DNA of 64,000 nucleotides. Origin: Vicugna vicugna (Eukaryota). Both the position numbers and the translations under genes were made by a program. The notes under the pieces are model-generated. The model was not told the DNA's origin and ran no database searches. It was given only the letters and a program-made list of their open reading frames with translations. Position 1 is the stretch's first letter. Every line of letters starts with the position of its first letter. The stretch spans positions 4,841,302 to 4,905,301 of the forward strand of contig MU063048.1 in NCBI GenBank assembly GCA_013265495.1, read 5' to 3'. This document shows, piece by piece, positions 45,281 through 57,589 of the stretch.

Positions 45281-46416
45281 TATCTTGCCCAGTTTACTTC
45301 TACCCTGTATTTCTGATGTGGTTTACCATCAGTTTTGGCAGGAGGTGCTGAGGAGACTCGGGTGACGCCGGACGTCAGACTGTGGGAGACCCCGTTCTGC
45401 CTGCTCCCAGCCTACACACAGTCCGCACTCCCCTCTGGCCGCTCCCTCTCTGGGGGCTGGGCTGGAGCTGCCCACTGGAACACAAGAGCTGTCAGGGTGA
45501 GGAGAAGTCACCCAGGCAGTTGAAACACACTGTTTATTTGTCAGATTCCCAAAGGTACCCTCTGCCAAGGATGGTTCACCAGCTCATGGCAGTTCAGTCT
45601 CCTCTTAACGTTATCAGCTTCAGAAAACCTTGTTTCTTATTCATCATCACACAAAGCTTAAAAGAACCAGGAGACAGCATTCCACCTCTTGGCATCTCAA
45701 CCTCCCTGGAGGAAAGTCCAGCAGTCAGGGAATCCCTGGCCTCAAAAACAAAGTGTTTTAACTCTGGCTGATCTCTTCCTGTTCTCAAGAAGGGTTTTAT
45801 GCTGGTGAGAAGAACTTCTTTAGTGTTGTTTTCTTTATATCTGTTTCTTTTAACCTCCGTCCCACATAAAATTGCTTCATTAATGTTAAGAATAACAGCA
45901 GCTTCAAAATTTGAAGCTGAACTGGAAAAATATAACCAGAGTACATAATATTGGACCCCATTCCACAAAAATTATGGTGCAATTTGTTGCTGAATGAACT
46001 TAATGTTCTTCATTAGATGCCTGTATTATAAACCGCCCAGTGGCTCCTGCAGCTCCTGGAATTTAAGCGGCACAAGCCAAGACATCTGCTACTTTTCTGT
46101 CGCTAAGTTTTCAGAACCAGGCTATACTGAGATCTCAACCAGGGGATAAGAACTGTATACTCTTTTTCCTCACCTTTCTCTTTGGTGGACAGTGCAACCT
46201 ACTGAATACTATTTTGCGAGATTCCAAAACTTTCCCAAATGGTAAAAAAAGATTATCAGTTTCACAAATGAATTCATATTTTACACACACAGAAATCAGA
46301 CAAACAGAACCCCAGTTCAGTAATACATAGTCAGACAGGAGGGAAGAGTCCCACTGTGCGCCAGTTGGTCTTAAACAGGGGCCTCGACAGCAATGGAAAC
46401 TCCGAGAAGCCTAGCC

Positions 46417-46592
46417 TGGGATCCTCAGCTTCAGCACCACTGACATTCTGAGACAGGTAGTTGTTTGTCGTGGGGCCCTGTGTTCCAGCATCGCTGGCCT
46501 CCACGTGCCAGACGCCAGCAGCAGCCCCACCCCCATGTGACCATCAAGATGCCCCCAGATGTCCCACCACTGGTCCCAGTGCAGAACCACTG
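46417..46592 (-). mobile_element. MER20 (hAT-Charlie) DNA transposon
   Basis: CTCAGCTTCAGCACCACTGACATTCTG...CCAGCATCGCTGGCCTCCAC...GTGACCATCAAGATG...AGAACCACTG matches reverse MER20. Confidence 0.75.
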
Positions 46593-46611
46593 GTGAACCC
46601 TTCACTCCAGT

Positions 46612-46948
46612 GAAAAACAAACCAGGCAGTTCAGTAAAAAGGAAACAGCAACACATGCCCCACGCGGATGGCACTCCCACACTTTACGCTGGTGCACGAC
46701 GCCAGACACCAAAGACCACACTGTATGGTTCGCCCGTACAAACTGTCCTGGGGCAAACTGACAGAAGGAGCGCGGATCATGGTTGTCGGTGCTGGGGGTG
46801 GAAGGGGCGGGGCGTGGGGTGATGAAAACTGAGTCTGGTTAGGGTGACAGCTGCACACTTGGTGGAGTTCTTGAACTCACGGCACACTTTAGATGGGTGA
46901 AATGCATGGTATGTAAATTAGACTTCAGTAGAGCTGTTTTTTAAAAAA
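46612..46948 (+). mobile_element. L1MB/MC 3' end
   Basis: CCAGACACCAAAGACCACACTGTATGGTTC...GGTGACAGCTGCACAC...ATGGGTGAAATGCATGGTATGTAAATTAGACTTCAGTAGAGCTGTTTTTTAAAAAA. Confidence 0.75.
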
Positions 46949-49614
46949 CCCGAGGGAAAAAACAACAGGAGGGTTAAAGTACTGCGGAAGGAGAGAATCT
47001 GACAGGTGGTCAGCCTGGTCCCCGCGATGCCCTGTGACTCTGGGCAGCAGTCTCCTGAAAGCAGAGGTCAGACTCCCCACATTCCACCGACCCAAATGAC
47101 CGTTAGAGCAAGCCCACAGTGTTTTTGCCAGTCAGACAGCTGCGACGTCTGTTAGCACCTGCTGCAGCACGCGGGCTGCTTGGTCAGTGCTGGTGTGTAG
47201 CTTTCCGTGGAAAACAGTCTGCACGCATGATCACCCATGTCCAACCTGGCCACCGGCGGGGTCTGTCCTGTCAGACAGGCTACGTTTTCTGTTAGCATGT
47301 AAAACACTCATGACGAAACATGCGCAGCGTGACATGAAATGCAAAGGGGAAAAAGGTTTGAAACTCCCCAGAATCCCCCGTGGCCTACTGAAATCTTTGC
47401 TACAGTGAAAAAAAAGCCTGTCTCCTTTTGTGTGCATTAAATAACAGTTGTTGCCACTATTCAGAGAAGCCCAGGGGCCTCTTTAATTGCAAGAGGGACA
47501 GCACACGTCTTCCTGGAGATAGAAACATTTGGCCTCACCTGGATGCCTAGTTGTTTCCAGGGGCCCACGATCTGTCTGGGGTGAGAGCTTTCCCTGGGCG
47601 TTCGTTACAAACACCTATTTGGCCAAATGCACACACAGCCCCTACGTGAGGCAGCACGTAAAATAAATTTCTAGAATCTTCAGCTCTAATGGACCTAAGA
47701 AAAGTGAGAAATGGGTTAGAAGCTGGGCTTTTGGGTAAGCTATCCCAAGACCTCATTCTGGCAAAGTTTTGAGTAAAGGAAGGTGGTGTTAGTTAAGTTC
47801 ACCCCCCCACCTCCTGACCTCCTTTAAGCTGGAAACGGGGAGGACATGGAAGAGAAGAGATAATTGCAATAATTCAAATTTCCCCCAAGGCCACAAACAC
47901 AAAGATACTTTTCTCTTTCAATGACTCTACATCTGATACATTACAAAACATTGAAATTCTGAGAAATTCTGTCCCTATTTTGAGGCCTAGTAAACCAAGG
48001 ACTGGAGAAATCACACTGGCCCCGACGGAGGATGCAGCCAGGAAGGGGGTTCACCCAACGACACCTGCCAGCATTTCAGGAAAAAAAAAATTGAAATAAT
48101 ACATAATTCTGATTAGGCCCAACCTCCGAAGTGAGAGCTGAGAGCAGGAAGGAGGCTGACGCACCCACTTAAACCCCACTGGTTCCCAAGAAAATGCCTG
48201 TAGAACATTCTCTCTGATTTTTGCTGAGCAGCAATGACAACAGTCACTGAAAGACAGTGTGTGTCTCACGCATGTTCTGTGAAAGCATGTGGTTTTACAG
48301 CGACGTCTGCAGAGCAGAGTCCAGGCAACAAATACATGTTAAAAATAGGCATCTCCTAAAATATGGAAATAAGAAAAAGGTGCTATCACTGGAGAAGGTC
48401 CACAGCTGGTCTTTTTGGCTTACCCTCTTTTGACAAATGCATAAATATAAGCTCCAGAAGTAATTTTGAAAAATTTTCTTTCCAAACATTGACAGTTGTC
48501 AAGTGCTGCGATCAGAGAGAAGCACACAGCTGGGGCAAGCATCCTCGCCACCCAGGAGGCGCGAGTCAGGCCAGTTTCCAAACCTCCGGAGAGCGTCGTG
48601 CTCCCTGCTCTCTGGCCTCTGAGGTTTACACTCACAGAAGTCAGAGAGGGAGGGCAGGGCTACTGATTCAGCACCTCTGCCAGGTTTACCCCAGCCAAGA
48701 ACGTCAGAGACGCACTTACTGCCACCCCTCCTCACTGTCTATCGAAACACATCCTCGTCGCCTCTGCCGGGCGGGTCGTAGCTACTTTTCAATTGCCCCT
48801 TTGTTTCCTTCCCTACTCAAATTCTTCTTTTGAAAAAATCAATTCTTTTACATGGACTTGAAACTTTTTTTTTTTAAGTTTTGGAACAAAACAATTCTGA
48901 GCAAGAGGAGATTGACCCTATGGTCTTAAAGTACGTTTACTTACGAGTGAAGACTTGGCATTAGACTGACAGCTGTCATTGGTCCAGAGCTGTGTTGTGA
49001 GAATGAGTGACTGAGCCCTGGACCTGCCCCGCGGCAGACAAGCAGCACCCCACTCTGCCTGGCAGGTCCCTGGACCTGCTGCTCCCGGCACTGCTCCCGG
49101 ACCGTCCACCCCGGCCGGACCAAACTCCCTCCTCCCCATCCGCTCAGTCCTTGGGCCGCCTGCCTCTGCCCCTCCCGAGCAGCCTCTGCCCTGCCGCTGA
49201 CTTCTTTTCTGCACTTTGTCTTGGTTCTCCCAGAGGGTGCCTCCCAGACCGACGGCAGCTCCACCTGCTGCCCCTCCTAGCCCAGGGGCCACCCACTGGC
49301 GGATCGAGACTCCTTCAGTGGATCCCAGACACAACCACGTCTACAAGCCTCCAAGACGATTTCACATCCAAAGTCCTGGAGGAGACACTTTCTTGTGTGA
49401 ATGTATCCTGTGGGGACAACATTCCCTCGTAGACCAGGTAACTCTGGCCTCTTCTGCTAACCCTTTACTGATTGGTGTCAATCCACTGGGAACCGACTGT
49501 GTCACATGACAACGTTGCTTCGACCTCTGTTTCTGGATTATTTTGGCAGGTTATCTTTGTTTTGCTCACATGGAGAGCCTGTGGTCCGTGGGTTCCAACT
49601 TGGTGTAGGGCAGA

Positions 49615-49765
49615 GGGCCCTGGGCTAAGAGTCAGACCTGAGTTCCAGCCTGAGTCTAGTCAGCAGCTGAACCTGTGTGCTGGTGACCCCATCGCCTTGT
49701 CGGGAAGATGAATTCATCTACGTGAAGGTGCTCTGTAAGTGGGAAAACACTTTATGAAGCACTAG
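49615..49765 (+). mobile_element. MIR fragment
   Basis: CCTGGGCTAAGAGTCAGACCTGAGTTCCAGCC...AAAACACTTTATGAAGCAC. Confidence 0.5.
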
Positions 49766-51219
49766 AGAACTGACCAAATAAAAGTAATTTTCTGAATGCC
49801 ATTGTAGACTTCTTTCATTTAGGGGGAAACAAATTTCCATAATCCTAGGAAGAAACTGTTGGATAGAAAATCAAGGAAGTCTAGCCTTTTCCCCAAGAAA
49901 CTTGAAGAAAAGCTGTGGTAAAACAGAACAGACATGCGTACGCCCGGACCCTGTGCCCGCAGCACACCCCAGGCACCGCAGACCCGACGGGGAGTCTGCG
50001 TGGGGGACTCGCCGTCCGCACACCTGCTCACAGTGCCTGATGCCTGCTGGTGTCTCTCCAGAGAGGTGTGGGATTCCAGCTCAGAAGCCGTGTCTCTGAA
50101 AGAAAAGCTGCTTTAAGCAACCGTTTCAACCGGGACCACGAACTTTGTCCAGAGCTAGCTTCACAGCAAACAATCTGCATCAAACTGTTCTGAGAAATGA
50201 ATGTAAATTGTGAGAAAGGCAACGAATGAAGAAATCCAGGAAACAGAACAAGGCTATCAGATAGTAAGCGCATGGGCTTAAGTGAAAGGTGACAAAAACA
50301 AGGTCAACGGTACTGTAAGAGAGAGACGATAGTTCAAAATCCAAGCCACGAGAAGGCCGCTGACGTCAGAAGTGCGGACGTGCTCTGGCTGGGGCTGCAA
50401 AAGTGACGTTCAGGAGAGACCCTGGAAGCGGACACGTGGGCTCCGATGGGCAGGGGCCTGGCCCACAGCTGTGTGCACAGCAGGGCCACCAATGGTTTCA
50501 ACCGATTGACTTAAATACAGAAAAAGGAAAGAAAGGTGTCAGCATTTTTTTAAGCTTAAGAAGCAAAATAAAACAAGATTAGGACGCTAGTGGTGAGGCC
50601 TTTTGAAAAGAGAGTTTCAGAGGCTGGTTCAATTCCCAAAACACTTGACTTTTGTTAATTTACTTTTTAAAGAAAGGCTCAGAGACAAGCGACGTCAGCA
50701 CAGGGAAGACTGGCAGCCGCTCGGGCTGAGCCCCGCCCGCCTGGCCCACAGCACGCCCAGACCCCACAACCCCAAGGGACTGGCCGGCTGGGGGCAGACA
50801 GGGTCCTGGCACACTTCTGAAAGTCGGGTGAGAGGGTGTGAAGGACTCAGTGGGCAGGGGGGCTTCTGTGCGCATCGCCGAGCGGCTCGGCCCATCCTCT
50901 CACTGAGCCCAGGCGCGACGAGACGGCCAGGACGCGGCTCGCACAACACACACTCGGGGGGAGCCCGGACTTCTGGGGGGCCAGCTGGGGCGGGGGAGCC
51001 GGGGCCTGGGGGGCCTGCAGTGTGCGTGCTGGCCGGGGGGTGCAGCCACAGCCCAAGGAAAGCGAGGCCCTGGGGGCTCTGACAAGAGGTGCAGCAGGAA
51101 GGGGCTCATGACAGACACGGCTCTGCACCTGCTGTGCGCCGTGCCTGCCCTGAGAAGCTGGGGTCCCGGGCCGGCTGGTCCCTGTGTTAGAAATGTGCTT
51201 GGTAGGTAACAAGGGCCCA

Positions 51220-51372
51220 CTGGACGGCACAGGGAACTGTGTTCAATGTCTGGTGATAACCTACAGTGGAAAACAATCTGAAGAAGTACATATATATAGC
51301 TGAGCCACTTTGCAGTACACTTGAAATCAACACATTTTAGTAAATCAACTGTAATTTTTAAAAAGGAATAAA
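51220..51372 (+). mobile_element. Cetartiodactyl-type L1 3' terminus
   Basis: GCACAGGGAACTGTGTTCAATGTCTGGTGATAACCTACAGTGGAAAA...GCAGTACACTTGAAATCAACACATT...AATAAA. Confidence 0.8.
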
Positions 51373-52262
51373 GACACTTGGCAATCTTTGGCACAGAAGA
51401 AGGGTGTGCTTTATGACTGGGAGTCACTTCACAAACCTCACAAACATCTAAATTAGGTCCTATCACCAAACAGAGGTGCACTGTGAGTTTGGCAATGGAG
51501 GAGGTATGTTCACAGAATTTTTATAAATCTGAGTCTCTGAAAGGAGAGATGGCAGTTTAAAGACTTGCTGATGGGAATTCTGTGACAAGGAGAAAGGGGA
51601 TGCCTCAGCCTCCGTTTACCTCCAGTGAGATGTAGGTTTTCCTGCACAAGCCTCTTACCGGAAGGGTCTCACACAGGAGCAGGCAAAGATGCCAGGAAAC
51701 AAAGCAGCTCTCCCATCCAGGGGCCTCACAAGTGACCACAGCAATCTTCAATTATCTTTGAAGAAAGGACCAGAAAAAAATGAAACGAACGTGTGAAAAG
51801 TCAGTTGACTTTTAACTTGTGTCTCTATAGAGAAAATGAAATGGAAATAATTGGCCAAGTCTCAGGAGTCAGTAAATGAGATAAAAACCAAATCAGAACG
51901 GCGGCAGGCACTGAGGGACGGGCCACAGGGAGACCAGCAGGCCTCAGGGCCGCAGTATTTCCTAAGGACCTGTGAGCACCGGTCGCACGTGGCACGTGTG
52001 ACACCAGAGTCCTCTGGAGTGACACAGAAAAGAAACAATGCTGTGAACGGAGCTTTTCTGCACCTTACATTCATTGGCATGCCAATAAATAAATAAGAAC
52101 AAAAATAAAACAATATCGTGGTAAAAAAAAGAGGAAAAAGTCATGGACGAATACTTTTTAACTGCAATAAAGTGTATTTGAAGAAACATACCTATCTGTT
52201 GGTCTGTCACGCTAATGAATAATTTCGGCAATTGTCAGTGATTTTGTCAAAACGGAACTTCT

Positions 52263-52716
52263 CTTTTTTTATTTAAGTGTAGTCATTTACAGGGTTACAT
52301 CAACTTCTGGTCACAGCATCACGTTTCAGTCGCGCATGTAAACTCGTTTTCATCTTCTTTTCCATCATAGGCCGCTGCGGGACACCGAACGCGGCTCCCC
52401 GTGCTGCACGAAGCCGTTTGCTGTTTACCTACTTTATGGACAGCAGTTGGTGTCTGCAAACCTCAGATTCCCCGCTTACCCCTGCCCACTGCTCTTCCCT
52501 CTCGGGTCACCGAAAGACTGCTCTCTCTGAGAGTTTGTTTCTGTCTTGTAAGTTGGTTCATCAGTGTCTTCGGTTTTCTTTTTTAGGTTCCACATATGAG
52601 TGATATCATGTGGCATTTTTCTTTCTCTTTCTGGCTGACTTCACGTAGAGTGACGATCTCCAGGTCTATCCATGGTGCTGCAAATGGCGTGACTTCTTTC
52701 TTTTTCACAGCCGACT
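52263..52716 (-). mobile_element. Cetartiodactyl/camelid-type L1 3' end, strongly GC-shifted
   Basis: Co-linear with the 39.8-40.4 kb copy; shares GGTTCCACATATGAGTGATATCATGTGG and ATCTCCAGGTC..CCATG.TGCTGCAAATGGC. Confidence 0.88.
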
Positions 52717-55454
52717 AGGAAACTGAACTTCTCTTTATGTCAGACTTGCCAGTCTACCTTCATTCATCATTGATCATAGACCAATTTGGCTTCAATTTTG
52801 AAAATTTCCTCTCATGTTAAGCAACAGACACACAAATAGGAAAACTATTAAACAGAAGGGTAAGATTGGGAGAGGTTCATAGAAACCCCATTTCTCTTCA
52901 GATTCCACAAATAGCATGTCTGTGCTTCTTTGGGACCAATTCTGGTGGCTCTCAAACGTCTGTGCAGCCAACAGCTTGTCAAGGCAAGTAAATGTTCAAG
53001 TGGCCGCACGTGGTCACGCAGGAGCCAGGCTGAAGTCGCTGGCGGTCCCCTCCTTGGCTGTTCTGAATCTACTCTACAGGCTGGAGGCCAAACTTCCCCA
53101 CGGGGCTGGTGCGGCAAACCTTCGGAACTTGGAAGACGAAGACAGAACAAAGAGGGCGGATCCCCTCCCGCCAGCGCTGCTGCTAAGCGGGAGTTCTCCA
53201 CATTCACGTCCGTGGAGGATACGCTGCTGACTAAAGGCTGTGTAATAAAAGCCTGCACGTATGAAGCTGGCGTTATTTATCAAAACACTACAGCAGGCAC
53301 AGCCTTAGACTCATATAGAACTTAGACCTACAGAAGAATTTGGGTGCGGTGTACTTCAGCACTGAAACGGTTCAGGGTGGCTGGCTCTTGGTGGTGGTCA
53401 AAAGCAGACTGACTCTCAGTTGTGTATCACTGAAAATAATCTTGAATAAATGCTCTGTGGCCAGTGTGTCTCCGCATCTCCTGCACAGGGAGCGGCGGAC
53501 CCCTGTGAGGAGAGCAGGCCTCCCCCAAGTCCTGGGGCTGCGCCCGGGGGAAGGGGTACGTCAGGTCTTGAGGGGCACCCAGCGACCCAGCGCCCGGAAG
53601 CCCCAGCACTGGGGGGCTGGTCCTGCAGGTGGCACGTTTGTGCAGAAGCACCTCTGCAGGGTCGCACTTCAGCACCTGGTCACCCTGCAGATCCCGTGAG
53701 CGCGGTGAGCACCACTGGCCGCACTTCTGGGGCGCCCAGCCGCCCCCCAGGGCCCTGTGGCTGGGAGCAGGTAGCCCCTCTGCCCCGTGAGCCTGCTTCC
53801 CCCCTCTCACAGGTGTGACCACCAACGATCTTCACGCCTTGACTGTTTCTGCCTCTGAGAACTCGAGCCGGCACCACCTGCCACTTCTTCAAGGTGACAA
53901 TGAAACACGTTGTCAGGCACCTCGCTTGGCAGGTTGTCTTTGGGGGCTCCTGTGGGCTGTCCACCTGGGCTGGGGTGCCTGTCCCCCCAGCTCTGCCTCC
54001 TGCCTGTAGCCCACCCTGCATGACCTGTCATCACCAGGCCCGGCCTTGGCTGCCGCTGCCTTTCCCTCCTAACCAGTGCACCCATCCTGCCTGCACCTCC
54101 GCCTCCCCGCCCAACCGCCAACGTGCCGCAAGCTCCCACCTCGGCCCCACCCCCAGCACACTCTCCACCAGGCAGTGGTCTTCTTGGCCTGTGCTGGTGC
54201 TTCCATGTGCAGCATCTGGGCACAGAGCACTCCAGATTGACTGCCTTCTCCCCTCAATTCAACAGTCTTTGAAGACAGGGCTGCCAAGGCTAACTCCTCC
54301 GCTCCCTCTGGGCAGCCCTGGGGACCCTGGGGTGACAGGTGCGAGCTCTCCTCCCCTTCACGGACGGGCATGGTTCACAGCAGAAGTCAGATGCCACCTG
54401 ACCCCGACAGCCGTCCCTTGGAGGGTGTCTTCTCTCTGGAGAGGCCACGGGAAAGTACAGATCAGGGGCACACGGGCAGGCATGGATGCTTCTAGGTTGC
54501 TTTTTAAAGATGAAAGCGGTGAGTCACAGGCCAAGCTCCTAATAGCCTGCTTTTGGCACAGAGCGTGTAGGAGAACCCAGGCTGCCTCTCAGACCAGCTG
54601 CGGCACTGGCGCCGATACCCAGCTGCTTCTTGGAAGCGGTGGCACTTCCTCCATCCTATCACTCCGTGTCCGCCCCCCAGTGCTGAGGGTCAGGGCTACC
54701 TGTAGGAGGGGGACACGCTGCTGTGCCCCCCACAGCCCACAGTGCGCAGAACTCCCCGCTGGCCGGCTCTGCATCGGTCTGGGTGGACAGGACAGGACAC
54801 AGAGTGGGAACTCCTCCCCGACGTGGCCTCCCGCCCTGCCCAAATCCTGCTGGGCCCTGCACCCCAGTCCTCAGCAGGCTCTGTAACCCTGTCTCCCCGA
54901 CCTGCCGTCAGCCCCAGGGGTCGGAAGGAGGTCACCGCCTCTGCTCCAATGTCCACGTTGCCTCCCTCACCTCTGTCTTCGACGAGGGTCTCCACTGAGT
55001 GATCTGAGCTGAACAACAGCAAATCCCTGAGCTTCTTGCAAAAACCCCACTGGGTCTCCTGAATGCATTCATCCACGGGGCATCAAGGGCAGAGCCCCAC
55101 TGCTTAGGGTGCGGGTTCCAAGCCCCCCGGGCAGGGCCAATCTGTGTTCCTGCAGAGGCCTCCCGGGCCCTGGGACCCTGTCCACCTCTCCAGGCTAAGT
55201 CAGGCCCGCCACTGGAGGCAGAAGGCAGGCACAGGGGCCACGCTCGGGGCTCCGGCGGAAAGAAGAAACAGCTTTTCCTCGTGCCAGCCTGTGTCCCTCC
55301 CTGGCCTCCCCACGAGGCCCCTGACCTTCAGGAGAGAGCCCCAGCACGGCCCCTCCAGGCGTGCTGGCATTTTGAAGGGAGCGGTGGCCTGGTGCGGCTG
55401 GGCCAGGCTGCCTGGACTCCAGGCCTCATCGGCCACTTTCTGGCCTGAGACCAG

Positions 55455-55585
55455 GCAACACTCAAGTTCTCAAGAATTTGGTTTCTTTGTCTGGAAACTG
55501 GGGATAACAGTAAAACTTATCCCATGAGTTGTCGAAAGGATGTGGTTTCAAGGAAATGTCACACTCTGAGCGCTCAGTGACAGCT
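55455..55585 (+). mobile_element. MIR fragment
   Basis: TTTCTTTGTCTGGAAACTGGGGATAACAGTAAAACTTATCCCATGAGTTGTCGAAAGGAT...GAGCGCTCAGTGACAGCTG. Confidence 0.65.
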
Positions 55586-57547
55586 GACCTTCCTCAGGCT
55601 GACCGTCTTGTCACCTAGCCGGGGGCAGAAGGGCCTTCCTAGGCCACACGGCGACACCCGGGCAGCCGTGAGGTGGGCTGCGGCCGCAGCACCGAGCTCC
55701 CGGGGGGCACCGTCCAGCTCTGCTCACCCCTCTAGGGGGTTTCTTCCACGCCGGTCCAGAGAAGTTCCCCACATGAGTGGGCTGCCTTCTTGGGGACTTC
55801 CCCAAGGTATTCCAGAGAACTGGGATCAAAGCGGACCGCAGCCAGGCTGCCTGGTCACCTCTGCCCTGACCTGCGCATCAGGACCGGCACCGCTGAGCTC
55901 CCGGCGGGCGGGAGATTCGGGAAGGGCGCGGCAGGGCAGAGCACAGGCCCCTGTGCTGCGCGACTGTGAGTATCGAGGCAGGAGAGAGGCAGCCACTGCT
56001 GCAAGCCCCGAGATGCACCTGGCCTCTGGAGGTTCACAAGGGCCTCTGCGGACAGGGAGCACTGGTCCTGCCTCACACCTCCTACCACCACATCAGCGTG
56101 GCTTCACACAGACCGAGGAGGACTGACCATCTGGCCCAGTACATGGCAAGGCTCTGCAGACTCCCTTCTGAGGAAGCTCTGCACCCCGTGGCCTCTCGCT
56201 GTGAAGGGCACACCCTTTGCAAAGCAGAAGATGACATTTCTCTGGTGCACACACGGAGGCCTTTTGATTTTTATTTTCCAAGAGGCTCCCCATTGGTGCC
56301 TTGGGGAAACCCAGAGCCGACTGAGAGGCAGGCCCGCTCACCAGAGAGCACGGCTCCTGTTTGTGCCGGTCTGGCCACGTCTGAGGTGAGCGGACTCTGG
56401 GGGGGGCCCACACACATCAGTGTTCCATCACACGTGCCACTTGTCATGCGTGTGCGTCCCAGAGGCTGGGCGCTGAGCCCCCGTGAGCTGTGAGCCTCCC
56501 TGGGTCGAGCTGGGAAATGCCCTTGGCGTGATCAGCACTGTTTCCAAAAACTGTCCCAAACTAGAAGGAATTGTTCACCCCCAGAATCAGTCCCCTCTAC
56601 CCCCACAGCCTTCCCAGACAGGCCTTGGTCCAATCCCATCCCATCTCCCCTACCAAACCTGCCCCCACACATGCAGCCAGACCACCTGGATCAGAACACG
56701 GGCGGCCCTGGGCTTCCAGTTACAAGAGAGCCCTTTAGATCACTCACAGCCGAACCCAAGGCTCCAGGAAAGTGAACTGCCTACTGCTAACTCTTCTGAC
56801 CCACAATGTGTCCAGAGCCGACGCAGCCCAGGCTTGCAGGTGTTCAGCCTGGACTGCGACTCTTCCCCCGGCGGACGGCCCCGACCAGCACTGCAGCCTC
56901 TAACCCACTGCTGCCCGACGTGGCTGAGGCCACGCTGCAACCAGAACACTGACTCTGACACTGGCTGAAATAAGCACGTCCCGCCGTTGCAGCCACAGTT
57001 CTCAAAATCTCACTGGGAGGAAAGCAAGAAAGCCAAGGGTCCGGGTGAAATGCGGCCGGTGTCCCCGCAGTCAAGCATCTGACAGCTGGTGGGCCCGGGG
57101 CCTAAGGAGGCCCCAGCAGACCCTCAGAAGGGACAGTGGACGTTCTCAAGCCTCCAGCACAAGTCAAAGGCATTTTTTTTTCTCCGTTTCTCCTTGTCTC
57201 TGGGCCATAAAAAGGAAAGGGAAGAGGAACTTCCCTCTGAAGTCTTGGTGATTTCTTGTTAAGTACGTCTGTAAATACAAGCGTGTTGAAAGCACATTCT
57301 TGATAAAATTATTAATAACTCAGAGTCAGGATGGGAGGGGTCATCCAGTGTGGGATCACAGGATGCTGAGTCTCTGTGTGTGTTCCCCGTTTCCAGGACT
57401 AGGTGCTAGCATGCAGGGCAGCCCGTGGTGACCAGCTCTGCCTTTCCTGGGCTCCCTGGCCACGCCGTCTAAGGAACCTGGGCTCACAGGATTCCTCAAA
57501 GGCTAAGGATTTCTCCAAAATAAAATGAACAAGCAACAAAAGACAGC

Positions 57548-57589
57548 TGTGCATGTGTGTGTGCGCGTGCGCACACACACACGCACACA
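57548..57589. repeat. (TG)n(CG)n(CA)n alternating purine-pyrimidine inverted repeat
   Basis: TGTGTGTGTGCGC-GT-GCGCACACACACA: perfect 13-bp arms. Confidence 0.9.

Noticed and set aside
52848-53325. Overlapping 104-136-aa ORFs with somewhat protein-like composition
   Set aside because: No family recognised. Parts weakly resemble a decayed L1 ORF2 segment, but I could not align it well enough to call either a gene or a repeat.
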